Of a stretch of 64,000 bases of DNA, positions 11,201-21,005 are shown in pieces; position 1 is the stretch's first letter; each line of letters begins with the position of its first letter. Position numbers and translations under genes: made by a program. Source of the stretch: Octopus sinensis (lineage: Eukaryota); NCBI RefSeq assembly GCF_006345805.1, contig NC_042998.1, forward strand, positions 85,684,001 to 85,748,000. The letters run 5' to 3'. The notes below the pieces were generated by a model that was not told where the DNA came from, did not search any database, and was given only the letters and a program-made list of their open reading frames with translations.

Positions 11201-14102
11201 CAAAATTGGCAACTATGTAACAAATGAAATAATACAAGAATTAAAACCTGATTTTACTGAGTTAAATGAAATTATTTACGCTTCTGCTAGGGCAATTGAA
11301 ACCAGCTGTATGTCCCCGAAAAAACAAAGAAAACCAAACCTGGGAAGAAATCAAACCTGGAGAAGTAAAATTGAAAAAGAGATTGAATTTATGAGAGGGG
11401 AAATATCAATATTAAATGAACTAATATGTGGAAATTATGTAAGATCTAAAACAGGAAGAAAGATGAAGAGAAAATTTGGATCCTCACCAAGAGAAGAACT
11501 GGTATCAATAAAAGAAACGCTGAAACAAAAAGTCCAAGCAAAAGCCCAAAGAATACGAAGATTTGAGAAGAGAAACAAGTTTTACAAGCAAAATAAGCTG
11601 TTCACATCCAATGCCAAAAAATTCTACAGAGAAATAGGGAAGGAGAAAGTAACCGTTAAAGACCCCCCTCCCATGGAAGAAGTTCAAAACTTTTGGAAAA
11701 GGATTTGGAGTGACAAGAAGACGTACAACATAAATGCAGACTGGATTATACAAACAGAAGGATCCTACCAAAATTTACAACAACAAGCATGGAAAGACAT
11801 CACAATAGCAGACCTAAGAAAGGCACTCACGAAGGCCCATAATTGGAAATCCCCCGGTAGAGATAGCGTGCCGAATTTCTGGCTCGCATCACTCCCATGC
11901 GCACACGGTAAGCTAGTTCAGCTGCTCAATGGAATTATGAGAGACCCAAAGAAAACACCTGAATGGTTAGCGAGTGGTATTACTTACCCACTCCCAAAAA
12001 ATAACGAAACCAACCTTCCAAAAAACTATCGGCCTATAACCTGTCTATCCACCACGTATAAAATCCTAACATCTATCCTGGCGGAGAAAACATATGCATT
12101 CATGGAGAAGAACGATATTTTCCCCATTGAACAAAAAGGGTGCCACTGAGGCTCATATGGATGCAAAGATCAACTGCTAATTAATCGTATGATCCTTGAG
12201 AACTATCACAACAAGCGCAGAAATCTCAGCCCCGCATGGATTGACTATAAAAAGGCCTTCGACAGTATACCGCATCCATGGATCTTGAGATCGCTGGACA
12301 TCTTCAAAATTTCCCCTGTGATTTCAAGCTTCCTGAAGCACAATATGTCGTTGTGGAATACGAATCTCCAGTTATACCACTCTAATGGAGTACTTGCCTC
12401 AGAAAATATAAACATCAACTGTGGAATTTTTCAAGGTGACTCACTTTCACCTTTAATATTCTGCATAGCCCTAATACCCCTTACAAGTGAATTAAACAGA
12501 ACAGGGTATGGGTATAAAATTGGCAATAAAAAAATAAGCCATCTATTTTATATGGATGACTTAAAACTCTATGGTAAAGACGATAATGAATTTGAAGGCC
12601 TATTGCGCACTGTGAAAGCATTCAGCGATGACATCGGGATGGAGTTTGGGCTTGAGAAGTGTGCCAAGGCCACTTTCCAGAACGGGAAAGTGAAGACCAC
12701 AAATTCAGTCGTGTTAGATGTTGACACAGTCATAAGAGAGCTTGAGCAAGAACAAACATACAAATATTTAGGGATAAATGAAGGCTCTGGTATTCAGCAT
12801 GCAAGCATGAAAGAGAAGATCAAGAAGGAATGTTATAGGAGAGTTCGTGCAGTCCTGAAATCTGAACTAAATGCACGTAACAAGGTGTTAGCTATAAATT
12901 CCTTAGCAGTTCCAGTTGTTACTTATAGCTACAATGTGTTGAACTGGAATATGAGTGAAGTAAAGAATATAGACAGGAAAATACGCAAGCTGCTGAGTTG
13001 TAATAGGATGCACCACCCAAAGGCAGACGTAGATCGCCTTTACCTTCCCAGAGCCCAAGGAGGTCGAGGCCTGATCCAATTTGAACTAGCTTACAAAACA
13101 ACCACAATTGGACTGGCCAAATATCTTGAAATAACGAATGACTGGATGCTAAAGCTCGTGGAAAATCACGAGAGACAAAAGAAGCTTCATTCTATCATAA
13201 AGGAAAGCAAAAAGTTTGCTATTGATCTCGTGCAGGATATCCAAACTGAACAACCCGAGGGAAGTACGGCAACTATTGTTGCAAAGAAGGTGAAAATATT
13301 GGCAACGAAAAAAGCGCACGAACAATTGGCTGATAGGTGGGAGGAGAAACCTCTGCATGGCAAATATGTGGCCCGTAGCAAACAAGCTGATGTTGACCAG
13401 AAGCAAACCCATCAGTGGCTACGGAGCTCAGGGCTAAAAGCAGAGAGCGAAGGTTTCATCCTGGCTGCTCAAGATCAAAGCCTATTAACCCGGAACTACC
13501 AGGCCAATGTGATGAAAAATGGAGCAGACCCAAAATGCCGATTCTGCAACGACATGATTGAAACAGTGGACCACCTAATCTCTGGATGTAAAGTCTTAGC
13601 ACCAGTGGAGTATAAATTAAGACATGACAGAGTTGGCCAATATCTACACTGGCTAATAAGTCGGCATTACAATATCAAAACTGCCGACAAGTGGTATAAT
13701 CACCACCCTGAAGCTGTAACTGAAGGAGAAAATGTAACGATTCTGTGGGACTTTCCAGTACATACAGACTGAACCATCAAAGCCAATAAACCAGATATTG
13801 TTGTGAAAGACCAAAACAATAAAGTTTGCTTATTGATCGACATGAGCATCCCCTGTGATCATAATATCTCGGCGAAAGAGTTTGACAAGCTCAGAAAATA
13901 TAAAGACCTGCTCATTGAAATTGAGAAAATGTGGCATCTCAAGGCAGTTACAATACCAGTGATCATAGGAGCACTAGGAATGATCAAGAAGGGAACCGAA
14001 AATTATATGAGAATAATCCCTGGCTTACCATCCCTGCAAGAAGTGCAAAAGATTGTCTTAACTGGTACATCACACGTATTGAGAAGAGCATTGTCGCTGT
14101 GA
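11199..14102 (+). pseudogene. RT-REL polyprotein of Dong copy B: one reading frame with two premature TGA stops (12147-12149, 13770-13772)
   Basis: ORFs 11310-12149, 12189-13772 and 13803-14102 are all in the same frame. The frame is also open from 11199 (IKIGNYVTNEIIQELKPDFTELNEIIYA). Confidence 0.92.
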
Positions 14103-14293
14103 GAACTATTACTACCCATGTATTTTAATTTAACTTAAAAAAAAAAAATTAACGTACTATTGAGTTTAGTTTAATGGCCTACCAATGTATACTATGAGTT
14201 TCTTTGCCCTAGGAGTCGAGAAGACACTCGGCAAGAAATGGAAGCAAATTTGAAAGAAGAAGAAAAAAATAATAATAAAAATAATAATAATAA
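11199..14293 (+). mobile_element. Dong/R4-clade non-LTR retrotransposon, copy B (5'-truncated, young), with 3' UTR and (TAA)n tail
   Basis: RT motifs KSPGRD, NYRPITCL, WIDYKKAFDS, GIFQGDSLSPL, FYMDDLKLY; CCHC finger CRFC...DHLISGC; REL PD..D..K motifs. Starts directly in the TAA tail of copy A. Confidence 0.96.
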
Positions 14294-14539
14294 GGAAATA
14301 ATCAAGGAAGGTAGTGACAAGTTTTTTGGGCAGATCCTCGAAAAACCAACAATGTATGAGGCTTAAAAAATTGTGTTGATATCAACCACTTATGTTCTCA
14401 GGAAGTTTCTCTCAATCTAATATATGCATGCCTTATATCTCTGGTTGAGATCCAGCTGGAAGATAAAATAAAATGCAAATCAATAAGAAAGTATTATTAT
14501 TATTATTATTATTATTAATAATAATAATAATAATAATAA

Positions 14540-15026
14540 TTGTTTTGTCTTGGTATAAAATATGGGCTACAGCAAATATTCTGCTCAATACCACAGATTT
14601 GCTTGTCAGTTGTTTGACCTTAACCAGTTGAGCATGTCCCTTAGTGGCTGATGATATGTACATCTCTGATCACATGCAGAAGTAGTTGGGGGGCATCATA
14701 GCCATATGTTGAGAGGGATTCTTTGGGGTTTGTTTGAATAATTCACCTCTGGAAACATCAGTGTTTCGATCAACTTCTGTAAACAATCCTTATTCAGGGA
14801 CCTTTTGAGTGGGATGGGTTACTCGACCAGAAGAAAATTCTAACTGGACCCCACCTGCAAGGTCATGTGCTGTTTATCTTGATACGAGATCACTATGTCG
14901 TGCACATATGGTTGTGATGCATGTGCCTAGTGTACCCTTATCAGACAGGTAGTCATGATGGGTATACTGGGCTTCGTATATTTTACCCCAGTGTCATTTT
15001 GATGTCATGCATTGCTTTCTCACTCA
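14540..15026 (+). mobile_element. ~490-bp non-coding interspersed element bounded on both sides by (AAT)n
   Basis: Sharp boundaries at (ATT)n(AAT)n 14492-14539 and (AAT)n 15027-15049. No ORF and no clear tRNA head. Orientation is inferred from the tail. Confidence 0.6.
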
Positions 15027-15049
15027 ATAATAATAATAATAATAATAAT

Positions 15050-15635
15050 TGACATGATGAGGTAGCAGAAATACTACACTGGAAGCTGTGTGAAAAGTAA
15101 GGGTCTAGAGAGAGGCAAGGCATTGTACGAGCACAAAACACAGAGAGTGGCAAAGTTGGAGACCCACAAAATCCTGTGGGATTTTTCTATCCAAATAGAT
15201 GAGGCGCTAGAGCACAACAAACCAGACCTAATGGTTGATGTTGCATGCCTCTTTGGCCCACAAGTAGTCATGAAGGAAGGCAAAAAAATTGATATGTGCA
15301 GTCCTGTTAAGTACAAAATAATCTGACTATGGAAAATGAAGAAGGTTAAGTTAGTGCCAATTGTTGGACCCTTGGGGACAATATCAGAAAGCATCAAGAG
15401 GAATATAAAGGAAATTTAAATAGAGTGTCCAGTAGAACTGTTACAAAAGGTTTGCCTCCTTGGTATGGCCAGAATAATCAGGAAAGAATTAGACAGCTGT
15501 AAAGAACAGATAGCATGGTACAGCAGGCTGTAGGTAGCAAGCTCCCTATGCATGCAAGACTTCAGGAGTTACAACAAAACCGGAGTTAAAAAGAATAGTA
15601 ATAATAATGATAACAACAACAATAACAACAACAAC

Positions 15636-15694
<59 letters not shown>
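15050..15694 (+). mobile_element. Dong/R4-like LINE 3' fragment, copy C (different subfamily), with (AAC/AAT)n tail
   Basis: Translation (R)HDEVAEILHWKLCEK...ILWDFSIQIDEALEHNKPDL...VPIVGPLG is the REL-domain region. Tail at 15598-15694. Confidence 0.8.
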
Positions 15695-15700
<6 letters not shown>

Positions 15701-15877
15701 GTAATTAGGCCAGCAGTGTGAACAGTGGCAATTTGTCAAAACCCATCAATTCTTATACATGGCTGATCTTTATTTTATCAACCAAATACAGTGTAAGGTA
15801 TCAGGTCATACTTGCTTATGAATAATGGCTATGGTTTTTTTATTTGACTGACATTCACAATTCACAACTCTTCCAAT

Positions 15878-15994
15878 AATGATGACAATGATGAAAACGA
15901 TGAAAAGTACAATAATGATAATGACAATGATGATGACAGCAATAATGAGACAATGATAATGATAGTGATGATGATGATGACGATGACAATAACA

Positions 15995-16046
<52 letters not shown>

Positions 16047-16098
16047 CAAAAATGATGACAATGATAATGATGATGATGATAACAATGCTGACGATAGT
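15878..16098. repeat. (GAT/AAT/GAC)n compound trinucleotide microsatellite
   Basis: Seen directly. Confidence 0.95.
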
Positions 16099-16384
16099 GA
16101 TTTCTAATTTACAATATTATAATACTGCTGATGTGAAGATGCATGGCCTAGTGGTTTGGGGTGTTGCATTCATGATCCTGAGATCATGGTTTCAATTTTC
16201 TGATGAGCTAAGCATTGTGTTCTTGAGCAAAATGCTTCATTTCACATTGTTCCAGTCCATTCAGGGACAATGTTGGTCTGCTTGCCTAGCCAGCAGGGTG
16301 GCATCATTTGAAAGATAAAACAAAGCAAAGCACATTGTGACCAGTGTTGATAATCTGGTCAATACTGTGACAATACTATTAATA

Positions 16385-16747
16385 ACAAGAGCACTCAGAG
16401 AGTGCAAACTTCCGCCAAGGCAACACCAATGTTCTTTCAATGATTAGCCAGAGATTTTTAAAATGAGAATATCTGAAATAAACTTAACTGCTCTCACAAA
16501 CGAGAATACTAAAAATGAACCTGACCACTCTCAAAAATTAAATAAAAGAAACGGAAAAATAATCCCGAATCCTTGTCCAGCACCCAATTGAACCCAAAAT
16601 CTAATCAGTTTGTGCCTGTCATGAAGCCAAACATTCCAGAAAGTTTCATCTGAATTTATCCCATGGTTCTTGAGATATCTTGTCCACAGACAAACAAACA
16701 AGCACAACTGAAAACAATACCTCTGCCTTCATTAAGGCGGAGGTTAG
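16385..16747 (+). mobile_element. Non-autonomous rolling-circle-type element (Helentron-associated/DINE-1-like)
   Basis: Subterminal motif tccgccaagg (16411-16420) and 3' hairpin cctctgcctt-catt-aaggcggagg (16720-16743). No ORF. Family assignment is inferred from this architecture. Confidence 0.5.
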
Positions 16748-17290
16748 TATTACAATAATATTTCTAAATAATCTTATATTTTAAAAATTCAGTGGCATTC
16801 AAATGACATAAGCTTATTTTTCTTAGTGTTCATAGCGAATTAAATTAAGAATAATTCTGAATATAGTTGACAGGTAACAAATGTATAAAATCTTACCAAA
16901 GCAGACACTGGAACATGCTACAGTCCACCAACTTGTCAGATCTTGTTACACTATCCAACCCATGCCAACATGATATCTTTTATCTTTTACTTGCTTCAGT
17001 CATTAGACTGTGGCCATGCTGGGGGCACTGTCTTCAAGAATTTTTAACTAAATGAAGTGACACCAGTACTTTTATTTAGTAAGCCTACTACTTATTCTGT
17101 CAGTGTCTTTTGCCGAGCTGCTAAGTTACAGTGGCCATAAATAAACCAACACCAGTTGTCAAGCAGTGGTGGGGAACAAACACAAACACAAAGACACACA
17201 CACATAAATATATAAAGAGAGAGGCAATTATGGGGATAAACAAATTAAATATAATAGCTTGGGTTTGATATACTATATATATATATATAT

Positions 17291-17438
17291 CATCATCATC
17301 ATCATCATCATCGTTTAACGTCCGCTTTCCATGCTAGCATGGGTTGGACGGTTCAACTGGGGTCTGGCAAGCTCGAAGGCTGCACCAGGCCAGTCAGATC
17401 TGGCAGTGTTTCTACAGCTGGATGCCCTTCCTAACGCC
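17291..17438 (-). mobile_element. Young 5'-truncated RTE 3'-tail copy
   Basis: CpG-intact. Reverse complement of 60419-60557 with no mismatch seen over ~126 bp of unique sequence. Confidence 0.9.
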
Positions 17439-17700
17439 CTATATAAATATATACATGTAAACACAAAACAAAGACTGAAGGTTTTCAGATGATGAATATT
17501 TAAGTATATTTATATACTAATAGATCAAACTTACACGGAGTACAAACATCAGAGAAAATTAAAGGGGGAAGAAGTAAGGTGTTATAAGTTCAACAGATGT
17601 TTCTGAGGAGGTGGGCCTTGGAGATCCATCATAATGTTTGTAGATGTAGTTCATCAAAATATGCAGCTAGTGATGGAAGCAAATATATATATATATATAT

Positions 17701-18074
17701 GACAAAAAGAAGAAAATGGAGAAATTTGATGTATAGACATCAGTTTATTCAAAGGCATTAAAATCAATATATGAAATTCTTATCTCTGCAGCTATTTCCA
17801 TATCCAATTTATTCAATTAGAGAAATGAAATTAAATTAAGTTAAATTAAAATTTTCGTATTAAAACTTGTTAATTGCCTATTTCATCAAGGGAGAACTTC
17901 CAGAAAGAAGTTACATTCTATGTTGGTCAACCCTTGGCAGACTCAGATGTGTCTAATTGAATTAATTGGATATGAAAATGGATGTAAGGATAAAAATTTC
18001 ATATTATATTGATTTTAATATCTTTGAATAAATTGATGTCTATATGTCAGTTTCTCCATTTTCTTCTTTTTCTC
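17701..18074. mobile_element. Foldback/MITE-like element with ~120-bp imperfect inverted arms (17701-17820, 17953-18074)
   Basis: gacaaaaagaagaaaatggagaaa...catatccaatttattcaattag vs reverse complement of ctaattgaattaattggatatg...tttctccattttcttctttttctc. Roughly 85% identical by eye. Confidence 0.8.
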
Positions 18075-18247
18075 ATTCATAAATATTTTAAATACCAATA
18101 TACATTGATGCATAACTAAAGTATTTAGTTTTCGCTGAACACTGGTATAAACTGGAGAACTAGGATGTAAACACCCCTTAAAGGATTATAGGCCCTTGGC
18201 ATGATTAAATTATATATATACATATATGTGTGTGTGTGTGTGTGAAA

Positions 18248-18568
18248 GGTGCGTGGCTTAGTGGTTCAGGCATTCAGCTCACAATCATAAGGTCTTGAGT
18301 TCAATTCCCAGCAATGTGTTGTGTTCTTGAGGAAGATGCTTTATTTCACATTGCTCCAGTCCACTCAGCTGGCAAAAATGAGTAGTACGTGTATTTCAAA
18401 GGGCCAGCCTTGTCATACTCTGTGTCACGCTGAATCTCCCTGAGAATGACATTAAGGGTACATGTATCTGTGGAATGCTCAGCCACTTGCACATTAATTT
18501 CACAAGTGAGCTGTTCCGTTGATCATATCAGGTAGGACCCTCATCATCGTAACCAACAGAGTGCTCCT
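18248..18568 (+). mobile_element. Full-length tRNA-derived SINE
   Basis: A box TGGCTTAGTGG (18254-18264) and B box GAGTTCAATTCCC (18297-18309), then a non-tRNA body. Related heads at 16143, 28185 and 28735. Confidence 0.8.
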
Positions 18569-18580
18569 AATTTATATATA

Positions 18581-18706
18581 TGTATATTTGAAGAGCAAAA
18601 CCACTAGGTGGTCGGCCGTATGCTAGAAGTAGATCACCTACGATCGTAGGTGATCTACTTCTAGCATATGGGCGACCACCTAGTGGTTTTGCTCTTCAAA
18701 TATACA
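18581..18706. repeat. 126-bp near-perfect palindrome with no spacer (63-bp arms, 2 mismatches)
   Basis: Centre cga|tcg at 18643/18644. tgtatatttgaagagcaaaaccactaggtggtcg... mirrors ...cgaccacctagtggttttgctcttcaaatataca. Confidence 0.95.
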
Positions 18707-18812
18707 CATGTATTAGAATTTTCTCTGATTTTTCAGATTTTTGTATGCTAGGCTACTGGTTTTAAATTGATATTAATTAAATTAATATTCAATTTATCTC
18801 CCTCATTATTTA

Positions 18813-19225
18813 TCTCTTATTATAAAAGGCAGATTTTATCTGCCTCCCTTTGGGAGTTATAGAAATCTACAATATAGGATTTCTTCAATTACAATTTACC
18901 TAGCATTTTTGAGAGTACAATGCATCGCGTCATGCCAGGTCCAGTTTTTAAAATTTAAACTCCAATTAAGCAAAATTTACAGAAAACTCACATTCTGGCG
19001 TGTGTGTCAAATGCTTTTCTTAGTCTGGTTTACACCACACGCAAACGCACACACACAGTGGGCAACGAATAAAATGAAAGTAAATAGCGACAGAGTGATT
19101 TGAGGAAGACTAAAGTGAAAGTATTCTGTCTATGACGCAGATAGATTCATGAGTAAAATGTATGGGAAGCTAAGAGCTAAGAGTGAGTGAAAATGTTCTT
19201 GGAAGAGAGTAATTAGTAATAAAGT
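18813..19225 (+). mobile_element. Probable 5' part of a non-autonomous Helitron
   Basis: Begins TC-TCTTATTATAAAAGGCAG, like the 5' ends of the Helitrons at 21685 and 34558 (TC...TATAAAAGGCA). No 3' CTAG end found. Confidence 0.4.
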
Positions 19226-19227
19226 AA

Positions 19228-19420
19228 ACATACACTCATACATACATACATACATACATACATACATACATACATACATACATACATACATACACACACA
19301 CACATACACACACACATACATACACACACACATACATACACACATACATACATACATACATATACATACATACATACATATACATACATACATACACACA
19401 CACATACACACACACACAGT
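19228..19420. repeat. (CATA)n/(CA)n compound microsatellite
   Basis: Seen directly. Confidence 0.95.
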
Positions 19421-19610
19421 ATTGAAGCTTGAGAACAATCAGATACATTTGCAACACATCTGTTGAAAATATTATTGTTCACACACATACATATACATAT
19501 ATACATGCAGACAGACAGACAGATAGACACACACACACGCACACACACACACACACATGATCCAGCATGGCCACAACCTCAAGGCTGAAACATATAAAAG
19601 AATAACAGAA

Positions 19611-19975
19611 TATAAATGTGTGCAAAGTACAAGAAATATTAATGCAGTATATGGGGATTGGACAATAAGCGTAAGGCAGTGTCAATGGTGGTTCCAGAAA
19701 TCCCGAGCCATAAACTACAGCCTAGAAGACGAGCCTCATCCTGAAAGATCTGTAGAACTCGACTAGGACATCCTGAAAACCCTGGTGGAACAAAATATCA
19801 TCGTAACTGTTGAGGAACTAGCAGAGAAGCTTGGATTTGGTCATTCAACCATTCATTGACACCTGTGTGCAATCGGAAAAGTCAGCAAATTGGGTCAATG
19901 GGTTCCTCACGAACTTTCCGAGTCTAATTGCATGCAGAGAGTGAATGTATGCTTTTCTTTGCTGTCATATCTCAC
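19611..19975 (+). pseudogene. Mariner (Tc1/mariner) transposase N-terminal HTH fragment
   Basis: RNINAVYGDWTISVRQCQWWFQK...LEDEPHPERSVELD*DILKTLVEQ...TVEELAEKLGFGHSTIH*HL...KLGQWVPHEL, including the WVPHEL linker motif. Confidence 0.88.
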
Positions 19976-19994
19976 CACTACTGCGCTATGTATA

Positions 19995-20631
19995 TCTATA
20001 TATATAAAACTGTAGTTGTGTGAGTGTCTGTCCCCTTCGATTTAGATTCCTAACTACTCCCACATTTTGCGGTACAGTTTAACCAAATTCGGGTAGCTTA
20101 TAGTCGTGATTCATATCGAGCCCGTCTGAATATTAGCACGCGTCTACGATGAGTCTACGATTTAAAAATTAATTTAACATCATTTTTTATTCCATTTTAA
20201 TGCATAATTTTTCGTGTGTCGATGGCGGCGGAGTTGGCGTCCACGCTCACACCTGCACCTGTGGGGAAGGGAGTGTAAGGAAATCAACGTCGTAATGCGT
20301 TGTCAAGGAGACCAGTGTTCTTTTAGAACAACGACTTCATGGCTTGAAGACACCAAAACAGAAATGGCTAAGAAAGCGTCTACATGAGTCTACGATTTAA
20401 AAAAAAATTTACCATCGTTTTTTTTCCTTTTTAATGCATTTTTTCGCTATTATATAAGGGAAGTAACTCTCTAAAAATGTCTACGATGAGTCAACGATTT
20501 AAAAAAAAAATTACCATCATCTTTTTTCCATTTTTAATGCATTTTTTGCTATCTTTTGGCTATAACTCTCTAAAAATGCTTATATAGTTATTTCCCTTAC
20601 AAACCCGAGCAACGCCGGGCGATACTGCTAG
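19995..20631 (+). mobile_element. Complete non-autonomous Helitron
   Basis: A|TC start (19995), subterminal hairpin CCCGAGCAACGCCGGG (20604-20619), CTAG|T end (20628-20631). Three internal repeats of gtctacgatgagtctacgatttaaaaa... Confidence 0.85.
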
Positions 20632-20639
20632 TATATATA

Positions 20640-20952
20640 TAATTGAGTAGTTGAATGAATTATCTTATTATGGATAATTCAGTTAACCGATACCTGGGTA
20701 GCAAATTCACGTCAGCAAAAACACGGTTGAAGCTACATGCCTAGGGCAGAGATCACGTGCTATCGTGTGGAAATTTGTGTGTTTTTTTAAATACAAATAA
20801 ATGAAAGAATGGAGTTGAACGACGAATTAACAAAATTCCTTTATTTTCGACATATGTTTCGAAGGCTGCATTTTCCTAATTTCGAAGGAATAAGGGGTGC
20901 ATTATGCCGCCTTCTCATCAGGAAAAACAAGGAACTTATGTTAGCATCAAGA
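20640..20952 (-). mobile_element. ~310-bp (TA)n-flanked non-coding element carrying a hammerhead ribozyme (Penelope-type terminal repeat or retrozyme-like)
   Basis: Sharp boundaries with TA runs on both sides, CpG-rich, no credible ORF, hammerhead near its minus-strand 5' end. Class assignment is inference. Confidence 0.55.
20833..20937 (-). ncRNA. Type I hammerhead ribozyme, canonical core, extended helix II
   Basis: Minus strand: AAGTTCCTT-GT-TTTTC CTGATGA GAAGGC [42 nt] GCCTTC GAAA CATATG TC GAAAA-TA-AAGGAATTT. Helix I = 5 bp + 2x2 loop + 6-9 bp; helix II = 6 bp; helix III is the palindrome ACATATGT; GUC cleavage triplet (C at 20849). Confidence 0.88.
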
Positions 20953-20960
20953 TATATATA

Positions 20961-21004
<44 letters not shown>

Positions 21005-21005
<1 letters not shown>

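Noticed and set aside
14640-14695. CTGATGA in the 490-bp element as a hammerhead core
   Set aside because: No GAAA at a compatible distance and no flanking helices.
18248-18312. tRNA gene
   Set aside because: A/B boxes are present, but the cloverleaf is degenerate and continues into a repeated non-tRNA body, so it is a SINE head. The same applies to the copies at 16143, 28185 and 28735.
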